Assembly (NCBI GenBank): GCA_043805415.1
Contig: JAZDHZ010000034.1
Coordinates: 101,478-165,477, forward strand
Direction: 5' to 3'
From: Candidatus Omnitrophota bacterium
GTDB lineage: Bacteria; Omnitrophota; Gorgyraeia; B26-G9
DNA length: 64,000 nt
Positions 35,601-43,625 of the stretch are shown piece after piece. Both the position numbers and the translations under genes were made by a program. Position 1 is the first letter of the stretch; the number at the start of each line of letters is the position of its first letter. A model generated the notes under the pieces. That model was not told where the DNA came from. It did no database searches and was given only the letters and a program-made list of their open reading frames with translations.

Positions 35601-38600
35601 ATGGCGAATTAGATGAATACATAACAAAAAGAGGGCAGTCAGAAGATGCTCTTGCGATTGGCAAGGCGCTGTTTATTTTGCAAAGCGCTGCTCCGGAAAT
35701 TTATCAAGGTTTAAAAAAATATAATGCTTCTATATATCTGGCAGAGATCCCCTTCTATGGTTACGCGCGCGGTTCACGAGTATTTGGGCTTGGCGGCAAA
35801 CCAATGGTATTTGTAAATAAAGATTTTCTGAATAATCCTTTCAAAATCGCGCTTGTTTTATCTCACGAAGGTCATCACGCGATTCTTTTGCCCAAAGATT
35901 TACTGGAATCCGCGCTGCGGTATAATTTTTTTACTTTTATCAGGGATGTATTGTACAGTATTCCCCAGGGGGAAAAAGAAGCTTTCGAGATCCAGGCGGG
36001 AGTGGCCAGAGTTTTTTATATTGAGCCGATAAAAGGAAATATGTCTTATGACCCGCTTGATGTGGAAATTGCTTATGGTAGTCAGAAATGGCAAATAGTT
36101 GGGTTGGATATTTTAGGTACCGGCTTGTTCAATGTTATTCCTTTGATTGCCGGATGGTTAATCCTAAAGTTTTTTATGAATAGCAGCCGCGCTGGAAAAA
36201 GCCGAGATTATCAAAGATCAGGCAGCGGGGGATTGTCTAATCTGATAAACAGCAATTCAAGAAATAACAAGCGTCTGATTAGAAAAGGACGCGGTAAACG
36301 CAAAGGGAATTTCTTTTGGTCAATTATTTTAATCCCTTTGCTTGCTTTTCAATTCAGCAGTTTTCTTAGTCCCGCGATTACTCAAGCAAGTGATGTTTTT
36401 ATCCAGCCTCAGGAGAAAACAGAAATAACCGAGTATAAAAATGAACAGATTATAAATCCGATCCTTGGCACTGATCTTAAAGTAAACTCCCATTTTGGCC
36501 CACAGGAAGGAAAGCATAATAACGCGTTAGCTGATTGGTCCGAGGCGGTGATCAGAGGAGTTATTCAGCCCAACGCGGATATAATCCATGTTGATTTTCA
36601 TGCTGATGATTCCGGCGCGGTAATGGACGCGGATATGCTGGCCTTGAACGAAGTTAAGAATTTAAAAACTTCTCAGGAAAAAATCCAGGCAGTGCGGGAT
36701 ATCGCGGCTCATCTGAGAATAGATTCGTTTTATTACCCGGCTTATTTAACCGGACCAACCGGTCAATCAATATTGGGCACAACCTTTTGGGTTCGTCCGG
36801 AAGCAGAATGGCAGGGCGCGGCGAAAGAGCAATATATTGTCAGTGCTCCCTATGGAACGTTCCCCACGGATCATCCTGAGAAATATCCAAATGACAAGAG
36901 GATCAAAAGGTATGAGCTTAATGCCGATGATTTATCTTTAGTCGGGAAAAATGCTCAGTTAAAAAATGGGTTTATTCTGGACATTGATCTGGATTATTTT
37001 ACTTTGCATCGGGAAGATATGAATTGGGTTTATATGCGGGAGCTGCTTGAAAGAAAAGATGAAGCTTCTCAGAAATTAGCAAAGTCGATTCTTAAGACAG
37101 TCCACTATCAGCCGACCAGGCAGCAGCTGCAAAAAAATATTGATTTGTTTATTGACCAGCTCGCGAAGCTGCATGAACGCGGTATAGACCCGGGAATCAT
37201 TTCTGTTTTTGAATCACCGAATTTTACAGCTTATGCTGATGCTAAATGGGTAAATGACCAGTTAGTAAAGGGGTTCAAAGCTATTTACGGCAAAGGCTCT
37301 GCTTTAGCCGCGAAAGACCAGAAACCAAAGAGCGCGGCAAGCTCTGGCTGGAAAAAAATCTCAATCATGGGATTGGTGTCTGTAATCTCCGCGTCTTTTG
37401 CTAATTTGTTTTCCGTGGCTAATCTCTGGGCCATGGAAAATGGAGCGGATAAGGCTTTTGCTTCCTCTGATTTTAAATCAATAGTAACCTACCTTATCAC
37501 AATCGCCTTAATTGGCTTTTTAGTTAAATCGGGATTAAAAGCGCTTAGTTTAGCTAAACAAAAAAACGCGGAACAGCAGGCCGCGGTGATTGTTCCCAGC
37601 CAGGCGGCTTTGGATAAATTAAAAAAATTAGACACTGACATCAGCGCTTTATTTGCTCAAGGGAAAACTCAGGTTATTATCGCCTTTGACGGTCCCTCCG
37701 GCGCGGGCAAGACAACATTGGCTAATTATATTAAGGCAGTTGGTATTGCCGGAATACAGCCATCTGAAATACAGGTATTGTCGCGTGATGATTACGCGGT
37801 TGGCGGTGATTATAATGAGGCGAATATCGTGATTTTAGAAAAAATCTGGCATCGCGGAAAATTAGTTATTGTTGAGGGCAATGGAATCCAGTGGGCCAGT
37901 GCGGTATTAGCAGCAGATGCCGCGTATGCTAATCCGGATATATTTGTTAAAATAACCGCTGCTGAACAGCTGCGCAAACAAAGGCTATTAGAAAAAGGCT
38001 TGTCAGAGTCAGCGGCAAGTGAGCGGATTAGAACAGCATCTGGTCCTGATTCCGGTTTGTTTGATATTATTATTCAAGATCCTTATATCGAGGTTAACAG
38101 CTTGCGCAAGTCCGCGGAATATATAAAGGCTGAGAGCATATTGCGTTCATATCCTAATGACTCCGGCCTTGCTTTAATTCGTGAATTTGTCTTAGATCAA
38201 ATGCTTAGTTCTGATCGGCGCGGTATTATTGTTTATCATAATGAGCGCCATCTTAATGAGTTGTTTGAGTTTTTTGATGCAATATCAAAGCATTTACCGT
38301 TTAAAAATAAAGCCAGCGCCGAGCGTTTGATCCGCATGGCGATTTATCTGCATGATCTGGGCTACTTTTATTCAGAAGATGGATTGCTTATTCCTGGGCA
38401 TGAACAAAGAAGTAAAGATGAGGTTCTTGAATTTGTTAAGAAAAATCCCGGAATATTGTCCGCGGTTGAAGTCCAGTCGATTATGTATCTGATTGATAAA
38501 ACGCAGCTTAAAACCGGTGACGCGATTAAAAATGAAATCAGCGATGATAATAAAACCTATGACTTGCTGGATCGAATTAATAACGCGCAAGAATCAGGTT

Positions 38601-41542
38601 TAACTGCTGAGGATCAACAGTTTTTAGCAAGTTTTATGGAAAAAAACTTTCCGGACGCGAATCCGCGGAATCCGCGAGACCGGCAGCTGGTGCTGGATAC
38701 TATTTTGGGTGGCAAAGCCTTGGCTTTAGCGGATATCTGGGGCCAGGACCAGACATATCTTTATCAGGTTGCTTTATTAAGTCAGGAATTCCGTTATGAT
38801 AAACAGATAATGCTGAATAATAATGATCCTAACGCAGCCAAAAGCCCGGCAGCTATGAGCAATCTGGAACAGGTCGGGGGAAGCAGCGGATTCCAAAGCT
38901 TTGCTCAAGACATGAGGTTTGTTTTCTTTTTAAATAGCGCGGATTATCCGATGCTGGGCATGCAGCAGTATCTTGACGCGGAACAAAAGGAAAAACAAGC
39001 AAAAGGGGAAAAAGAAAAAGCGCTTATTGACCGCAGAACAGCGATGATTGAAAAGAGCAATCAGGTTCAATCTTTAACCAATGTTTTGACCAGCGGAGTT
39101 GATGAAAACCTTAATATCATCGGCCTGGCTAAAGACACTGATCAGCTTCCTCAGGTTATAGCTTTAAAAGAATTTATCGATGAAGGCCTTGGATTAGGCA
39201 TATACGATGACGCGCAAAAAGCGCAGTTAATCTCGGAAATAAACAGCAGAAACGGACTGATTTTCCGGGGAATAGACAATCAGTTTGATCTAGCGGTAGA
39301 CGCTGCTTACATCGCGGAGCTTGCTCCGACTGTTGATGATATATTAATCAGTTCAAAATTTGCTGAAATTTTAAGTGAGCAGGAATTAGCGGAATTGACT
39401 TCTTCCTGGGAGATTAAGAAGTTTTCTCCTGGTCAAGCGATTGTCCAACAGGATATTCCTGATGCGCAAGGGGTTTTTCTGATCCTATCCGGAAATCTGG
39501 ATGTTTTTGTCAATGGATATCATGTGGGGGAAATTCCTCAGGGTGAGCTGTTTGGGGAAATGTCAGTGCTTGATAGTGCTTTGCGCAGCGCCACTGTAAG
39601 AGTTTCTCAGCTTGCCAGCCAGCAGGCGGTAATCGCGGAAATACCAGCGCCTGTATTCACTAAATTATTCGGGGCAAACCGACAGCTGAAACAAAAGATT
39701 AAAGCCCTGATTCAGACAAGAAAAGAAAATTCGCGAAAGGTTTTGGACGCGGAAGAAGAAAAAGATGATGAAGTAAAATTAAAACATAAATTTGAAAGCG
39801 GCCAGCTGGATACAGTGGTTTTTGTTGATGTTGATCTGATGCGTTTAACCAATCAGTATGTTGCCAAGAAAAATGTGAATGTTTTGCTTGATGTTCTGGA
39901 AACAGAATTTGAAAAAGTGATAAAAGCTCTGGGCGCTGAAAATGCCGTAAGCCTGCGCCGCGGAGGAGATGAATTTATTCTGGCAATTAATTCCCGCGAA
40001 AATAAGCAGCAAGCGATTGATATTGCCGCAAAACTTAAAAATAATGTTCAGAGCGCGAAATTTTCGCTTGCTTCAATCGGAACTGACAGGCTTTCTCAGG
40101 AAAGAATCGCGGAAATCGAAAGTTTTGGATGCGGCATAGACACGATCGGTAAGCATAATATTATAATTGTTGGGCAGAAAACAGGCGGTAAAACAGGCCG
40201 GGCTTGTGTGCAGGAATTTCTCGATACAGTCAATGCCATTAGCAGCTTAAAAAATCCGGAAAACCCGGAAGCGGAAGTTTTAAGCATTCAAAGCTCTTGG
40301 CTGGACCAGCCGGCTGTTAACAATGAAGTTAGTTTTACCTTGTCAATCGGCTTGGCAAATGTATCTGAAATTGACAATGTGCCTGGATCTAATCTTTATG
40401 AAAAAGCGCGCAACTTCGCGGCGCAAAGAAAAGATAAATCAAAAGAAATATTTAAAAAACTCGGAGATGGACATATTGAAGCTGTTTCCAGTTTCGCGCC
40501 CTTGGGCGTGGCTGGGGAGAGTATTCTTTTGACTGAGCAAGCAATTGCTGAGCACGCAGATTTCGAACAGCTGCAGGCTGAAGCTAATCGCCTGGAAGCT
40601 GAGCAAATGGAAGCTGAGCAAATCCCGACAGGCATCAGGCATAAGTTTGCCGAAGGTGAGGAGGTATTGTATTTTTCTTCAGAAAATGCCGCGCGGAGTC
40701 ATCTTAACGCGATGCGAGACAATCAGGAACTTAATGCGGCGATTGCTTTTTCGCTGCAAGGATTGGGTTATTATGATCAGGAAGGAAAGATTGATCAATA
40801 TAAAGCGGAATACTACACTTCCCCTGGGGCAGTTAAAGATAATCGGATAGATATCCGTGATTTTAAAGTGGTTAATGAAGCGCATGGCTATGTGGCGGGT
40901 GATGAAATTATCGCGCGCCTGCGCATCGGCGCGATGCGCTTTGCCAGGTTATTTGAGAACTTTGATCTGGTATTTGCCCGCGGCCCTCCGGCAGGACCAA
41001 ATGGATTTCTTATTCCAAAAACAAAACAAGCCGCTGAAATGAACCCAACAGAAGTGCAGGTAATGTTTGTTGAATATATGCGGCAAATAAGAGATTATTT
41101 TAATAAACCGAATGAATCGGCTGTAAAAGTCGGGCAGTTAAGAGTTGTTTGGGATCGAGTTAGCCAAGAGGATAAAAATATCGGAAATGTGATCGAGCGG
41201 ATTAGTCAGACACGCGCGGTTTATGAACAAAAAACTAAACCGAAAAAAGGCAGAAACATGGTTTTAAGATATGATCCTAGTATCCCGGATAAGTGGAGCT
41301 CATTAGCGGAACTTAATGCCCCGGATGCTGTCGCGCAGCTTGAGAATCTTAAAATTATATGGCAGCAAAATAAGCAGCAGTTAGATGCTTTTGCTAATTC
41401 CCGGAAAGTTAGCGGAACCCTGAGACTTGGCACAAAGATTGATTCCATAGATCCTGGATTGCGCGGACCTGCGTTTTCTCTGCAAGGTGATAATCTTAAT
41501 CAGCAATCAAAAAATATCTCTCTTCTGGAACAAGCGATTTAA
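32603..41542 (+). CDS. 2,979-aa mosaic terminal-signature family protein (SLT / HExxH / arginase-fold-like / P-loop / HD / cNMP-binding / GGDEF x2) with multiple TM segments
   Basis: Leader 'MNYKKSKFRLIFRIISLVLIQAFLVLDFAWA', N-box 'TLAPKISLNTQEVWDAY', tail 'EQAI-stop'. ATG 32603 preferred over TTG 32582 by homology to the 29258 leader. Confidence 0.9.
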   Translation: MNYKKSKFRLIFRIISLVLIQAFLVLDFAWAIGGEFPIADKISQAATLAPKISLNTQEVWDAYVYSSQNSAKINELSLPSDQPMVNIPNQSPLISRRAFFKTVGQKVIGAAAVLTGADLILSAPAEARDLTVALSDLVINFDKGVAEAELNKYIAIIEAQGFKELYSLEKKQAQTLIRIKGLFPLNAEKLSYALNAQAKARGLAKGFVVTASDASWKQSLTYRSMQAFANKVARLSASLGFGEIDSPQLIGLYEGITWVESKFNQWETDAQGRIRPVRSYTNAIGVTQVIESQAVKQIARWIVTHKGGISRYAEIMNELERMISSDSEKLKKSLKANKKFGEEAEALKQFNVYADFAAYKNAGSDIEKQKQIIQRIHRKINSNPKLIGVNLYYALAVWQYLQNRNNLRAGVTAELAESMGQTGQGLTRKNLPLIESGSGAYQPMDLEKAGLQFESDYFRLNLLYQMINPEKIAELLQGAESKILVNTMEYLSRQMMTKIGNQKLGYTYLTLNWDRYRRLELRKNKNNQYEFTERPLSYFQNKPNGFSVSLAAAASYNSGTGSVDDALLNFGNAVDANNLPLWIKNMIGANPQNIREPINYLRVFLEDKFNNTGDLSAQEQKIKNELIAERYKRVYKIQDRLLEKRALIHKNKVRIYAAYRRDDGFDYKLAAWVAQIAGSDYVDSFLRTHGLDKKWQEEILKSSQTLDILAPALADVNSPGYAAAVNIRRYLDSKQLASLAKRQEAFKSKEQARIARIELAKQISKEKQWQKTLEGMTSWAMRSTVGVASLGAAGAIAWIINRRVKLGKKPVPSLIYRLPLQGFWILGFVTVRLFAIVGKILFGTGKYVFSFFAKAKPRINKPRSALLADQKVVRNNRVKQAENRYKNKNRFFSIANLKKLILGSILLAIIAWPFASPAFSHASQKQAQAPPAISLSQEFKKGLIEISKKSDHKQLNAQGELTTIKANLKKNLEFSNSKARERVEQINQLAERNWQKAYVNGELDEYITKRGQSEDALAIGKALFILQSAAPEIYQGLKKYNASIYLAEIPFYGYARGSRVFGLGGKPMVFVNKDFLNNPFKIALVLSHEGHHAILLPKDLLESALRYNFFTFIRDVLYSIPQGEKEAFEIQAGVARVFYIEPIKGNMSYDPLDVEIAYGSQKWQIVGLDILGTGLFNVIPLIAGWLILKFFMNSSRAGKSRDYQRSGSGGLSNLINSNSRNNKRLIRKGRGKRKGNFFWSIILIPLLAFQFSSFLSPAITQASDVFIQPQEKTEITEYKNEQIINPILGTDLKVNSHFGPQEGKHNNALADWSEAVIRGVIQPNADIIHVDFHADDSGAVMDADMLALNEVKNLKTSQEKIQAVRDIAAHLRIDSFYYPAYLTGPTGQSILGTTFWVRPEAEWQGAAKEQYIVSAPYGTFPTDHPEKYPNDKRIKRYELNADDLSLVGKNAQLKNGFILDIDLDYFTLHREDMNWVYMRELLERKDEASQKLAKSILKTVHYQPTRQQLQKNIDLFIDQLAKLHERGIDPGIISVFESPNFTAYADAKWVNDQLVKGFKAIYGKGSALAAKDQKPKSAASSGWKKISIMGLVSVISASFANLFSVANLWAMENGADKAFASSDFKSIVTYLITIALIGFLVKSGLKALSLAKQKNAEQQAAVIVPSQAALDKLKKLDTDISALFAQGKTQVIIAFDGPSGAGKTTLANYIKAVGIAGIQPSEIQVLSRDDYAVGGDYNEANIVILEKIWHRGKLVIVEGNGIQWASAVLAADAAYANPDIFVKITAAEQLRKQRLLEKGLSESAASERIRTASGPDSGLFDIIIQDPYIEVNSLRKSAEYIKAESILRSYPNDSGLALIREFVLDQMLSSDRRGIIVYHNERHLNELFEFFDAISKHLPFKNKASAERLIRMAIYLHDLGYFYSEDGLLIPGHEQRSKDEVLEFVKKNPGILSAVEVQSIMYLIDKTQLKTGDAIKNEISDDNKTYDLLDRINNAQESGLTAEDQQFLASFMEKNFPDANPRNPRDRQLVLDTILGGKALALADIWGQDQTYLYQVALLSQEFRYDKQIMLNNNDPNAAKSPAAMSNLEQVGGSSGFQSFAQDMRFVFFLNSADYPMLGMQQYLDAEQKEKQAKGEKEKALIDRRTAMIEKSNQVQSLTNVLTSGVDENLNIIGLAKDTDQLPQVIALKEFIDEGLGLGIYDDAQKAQLISEINSRNGLIFRGIDNQFDLAVDAAYIAELAPTVDDILISSKFAEILSEQELAELTSSWEIKKFSPGQAIVQQDIPDAQGVFLILSGNLDVFVNGYHVGEIPQGELFGEMSVLDSALRSATVRVSQLASQQAVIAEIPAPVFTKLFGANRQLKQKIKALIQTRKENSRKVLDAEEEKDDEVKLKHKFESGQLDTVVFVDVDLMRLTNQYVAKKNVNVLLDVLETEFEKVIKALGAENAVSLRRGGDEFILAINSRENKQQAIDIAAKLKNNVQSAKFSLASIGTDRLSQERIAEIESFGCGIDTIGKHNIIIVGQKTGGKTGRACVQEFLDTVNAISSLKNPENPEAEVLSIQSSWLDQPAVNNEVSFTLSIGLANVSEIDNVPGSNLYEKARNFAAQRKDKSKEIFKKLGDGHIEAVSSFAPLGVAGESILLTEQAIAEHADFEQLQAEANRLEAEQMEAEQIPTGIRHKFAEGEEVLYFSSENAARSHLNAMRDNQELNAAIAFSLQGLGYYDQEGKIDQYKAEYYTSPGAVKDNRIDIRDFKVVNEAHGYVAGDEIIARLRIGAMRFARLFENFDLVFARGPPAGPNGFLIPKTKQAAEMNPTEVQVMFVEYMRQIRDYFNKPNESAVKVGQLRVVWDRVSQEDKNIGNVIERISQTRAVYEQKTKPKKGRNMVLRYDPSIPDKWSSLAELNAPDAVAQLENLKIIWQQNKQQLDAFANSRKVSGTLRLGTKIDSIDPGLRGPAFSLQGDNLNQQSKNISLLEQAI
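32882..32986 (+). other. internal twin-arginine (Tat)-like signal motif
   Basis: 'ISRRAFFKTVGQKVIGAAAVLTGADLILSAPAEA' has SRRxF(F/L)K, an h-region and AxA, about 95 aa after the protein's own Sec-type leader. Confidence 0.5.
33347..33505 (+). other. lytic transglycosylase (SLT) catalytic motif
   Basis: 'ITWVESKFNQ...SYTNAIGVTQVI' follows the E-S ... GLMQ-type SLT signature. Confidence 0.65.
35251..35440 (+). other. internal copy of the family leader plus N-box module
   Basis: 'RYKNKNRFFSIANLKKLILGSILLAIIAWPFASPAFSHA-SQKQAQAPPAISLSQEFKKGL' has a basic n-region, hydrophobic core, AxA-like site and an 'PAISLSQEF' box. Compare 'DFAWA...TLAPKISLNTQEV' at the true N-terminus. Confidence 0.5.
35864..35878 (+). 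other. HExxH zincin-like motif
   Basis: 'LVLSHEGHHAILLP'. Confidence 0.4.
37691..37717 (+). other. P-loop (Walker A) of a nucleoside/nucleotide-kinase-like domain
   Basis: 'IIAFDGPSGAGKTTLANYI'. Confidence 0.7.
38240..38560 (+). other. HD phosphohydrolase domain
   Basis: 'NERHLNELFEFF ... AIYLHDLGY'. Confidence 0.6.
39421..39610 (+). other. cyclic-nucleotide-binding domain
   Basis: 'FSPGQAIVQQDIPDAQGVFLILSGNLDV...GELFGEMSVLDSALRSATVRV'. Confidence 0.8.
39814..40340 (+). other. GGDEF domain (intact RGGDEF at 39959-39976)
   Basis: 'VVFVDVDLMRLTNQY...SLRRGGDEFILAI'. A second, degenerate GGDEF-like region lies at about 40850-41010 ('FKVVNEAHGYVAGDEIIARL'). Confidence 0.75.
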
Positions 41543-41620
41543 ATTATTCCTAATTTATAAGTAATTACTTGCCAAGCACTTACAATCCTGGAAAACCCTG
41601 CGCCAAAACCCCTGATTTGC

Positions 41621-41649
41621 TTGTAAAACCATAAGCTTTATGGTATACT
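41621..41649 (+). promoter_or_regulatory. extended -10 promoter for the 41723 gene
   Basis: TTGTAA (41621-26), 17-nt spacer, TGg TATACT (41644-49). Confidence 0.6.
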
Positions 41650-41722
41650 TAAAACCTTTTTAAATTAATACAAAAGTGTGTAACATCTTTATTTACTATT
41701 AGTTAATGTTTAATGCGAGGAG

Positions 41723-43429
41723 TTGATTTTGAACTTAAAATTTCTTAAATGCGCAATGATTTTATTTATGGTTTTTCTCCTGAATACAAAAAATTGCTTT
41801 GCTGATTTGCTTTCTGAATCTTTTCTTAGCCCGGTATCAAATATTGATCTGGGATCATTGCAAAAAACATTTACCTATTTAGTAAATGAGCAAACTTATT
41901 CAGAATATAAAGCAATCTTTGAAATCAATGATCAGGATAAACCGCGGCGCGATCTTAAAGCGCGGGATTTAGAAGATTTTTTACAAGTCATAACCGATAT
42001 TCGCTTGATCCTGGAAATGTTTTCCCAGGGAAATGCGTTTAAAGGAATTATGAACCAGGCAGATAAAGAAACAATAGATGATTTCCTGAGCAATCATCCG
42101 GATGAGATTGAGCTGCTGAAAGATTCAGGAATTAAACCTGTTCTTAGCGCTATCCTTGAGCGCGCTTTGGCGCAGCTGGCTGCAAGGCAAAGAGCGGTCC
42201 CGTCTTTGGCTGAAACCATGTATAAGGAATTAATTTTTAGATTAAAAACAAAGCTGGAAACAGCCGCGGGAATGCTTAAGACAGGCATGCCGATTAAATC
42301 AATCAATTTTAATCAGGAAATACTTTCCTATCTAAAACCAGAAACCCTTAACCGGATAATCGAAAACATTAACTGGCAAAATCAAGACCCTGATGATTAT
42401 AGCGGGCAAAGAAAGATTATTTTAAACCTGGATAAACCAATTGTTTTGGAAAACGGTAAAATAATCAACTCAATTGAAATCAAAGGAGTTGTTTACCGAA
42501 AAGATGAGGTTGCGGTTACTCCTTTACAGGAGAGGTTTAACACAATAAAAGTTCCAAGATTAGACAAAAACAATCTAACTGCTTTGAAAAAAAGAGTACA
42601 TTTAAAAGGCGGAATGCCTTTTGCCGCGGCTAAAAGAGAATATATGATTTTAGAAAAACTTTACGCGCAAGGTAATTACCAGTATGATTATCCCATCGGA
42701 TACGGCAGGTATAAGAATTATACGTTCCAGGGCAAACAATTTGGATTTATCATCACAGGTGTGGAAAATTCAAGGCGAACAAGAATGGGCGACTGGTTTT
42801 TTGATAACTATCAGGAGATTTTTGATTTACTCACGATTGATAAAGTCAGATTCGCTAATTTAGCAGTAGAACTCTTTGAGGTTCATGAAACTTTTCTCAG
42901 GCATTATGGCCGGGAGTTGCGGAGGTTTCATGACAGCGGATTTTATCATGGTTATCCGCATACTTTAAATGTAAGCTGGGATAAAGAATTTAAAAATATC
43001 GTGCTTAATGATTTTGAAGCCAGCAAGCTGATTTCCCATTTGCCTGTTGAAAAAAGAGTTGGCTACCGATTGATAGATCTAAGCTCGGCTTATGCCCATT
43101 TTATTTACTTTCTTACCAATGATCGGGATTTAATGGAACTAGCGGCGTTTTCCGAAGGCATGAATCATCTGAATAATCCTTTTCGCTATTTTCTTCAGGG
43201 GTATTTTGGCAATGATTTGCCAAATTTTAATTTTGATGGTTTTATGAGTGAAGCTATTTATCCGGCGGTTGTGTCCGGGGTAGATGTGATTAATGACCTG
43301 GATCAGGATATTGTGAGTAAACTTTTGAATATTGAAGGCGCGGATTATAAGCGAGTTAAGTATATTGATCAAATTGTTTTTGATGCGCAGGGCTTTGTAA
43401 ATGAACTTGCCTGTCAAGAAGCGATCTAG
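41723..43429 (+). CDS. terminal-signature family protein with atypical protein-kinase-like (Kdo/WaaP-like) motif
   Basis: Leader 'FLKCAMILFMVFLLNTKNCFA', N-box 'FLSPVSNIDLGSLQKTF', tail 'QEAI-stop'. 'FHDSGFYHGYPHTLNV...VLNDFEAS' resembles the HGD.H..N / DF(G) kinase core. The start is TTG 41723 or 41729, after a GAGGAG Shine-Dalgarno sequence. Confidence 0.75.
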   Translation: MILNLKFLKCAMILFMVFLLNTKNCFADLLSESFLSPVSNIDLGSLQKTFTYLVNEQTYSEYKAIFEINDQDKPRRDLKARDLEDFLQVITDIRLILEMFSQGNAFKGIMNQADKETIDDFLSNHPDEIELLKDSGIKPVLSAILERALAQLAARQRAVPSLAETMYKELIFRLKTKLETAAGMLKTGMPIKSINFNQEILSYLKPETLNRIIENINWQNQDPDDYSGQRKIILNLDKPIVLENGKIINSIEIKGVVYRKDEVAVTPLQERFNTIKVPRLDKNNLTALKKRVHLKGGMPFAAAKREYMILEKLYAQGNYQYDYPIGYGRYKNYTFQGKQFGFIITGVENSRRTRMGDWFFDNYQEIFDLLTIDKVRFANLAVELFEVHETFLRHYGRELRRFHDSGFYHGYPHTLNVSWDKEFKNIVLNDFEASKLISHLPVEKRVGYRLIDLSSAYAHFIYFLTNDRDLMELAAFSEGMNHLNNPFRYFLQGYFGNDLPNFNFDGFMSEAIYPAVVSGVDVINDLDQDIVSKLLNIEGADYKRVKYIDQIVFDAQGFVNELACQEAI

Positions 43430-43570
43430 GCTCAAATATTAAAATTTTTAAAAAAATTGTAATCTTTATACTTATTCAAAAGAGGTTGTTTTTTTTAGTG
43501 GCTGTTCTGCCGCGGGTAGTGAGCTTATTGAGTTTTTTGTGGCTCAATCAATATAGTCGAAGTATTTATC

Positions 43571-43599
43571 TTGCCTTGTTGTTTCTCCCTTGCTAAAAT
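43571..43599 (+). promoter_or_regulatory. extended -10 promoter for the GH116 gene
   Basis: TTGCCT (43571-76), 17-nt spacer, TGc TAAAAT (43594-99). An AAGGAGG Shine-Dalgarno sequence follows. Confidence 0.55.
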
Positions 43600-43625
43600 G
43601 ATATTTATCAAGGAGGACACTAAAA

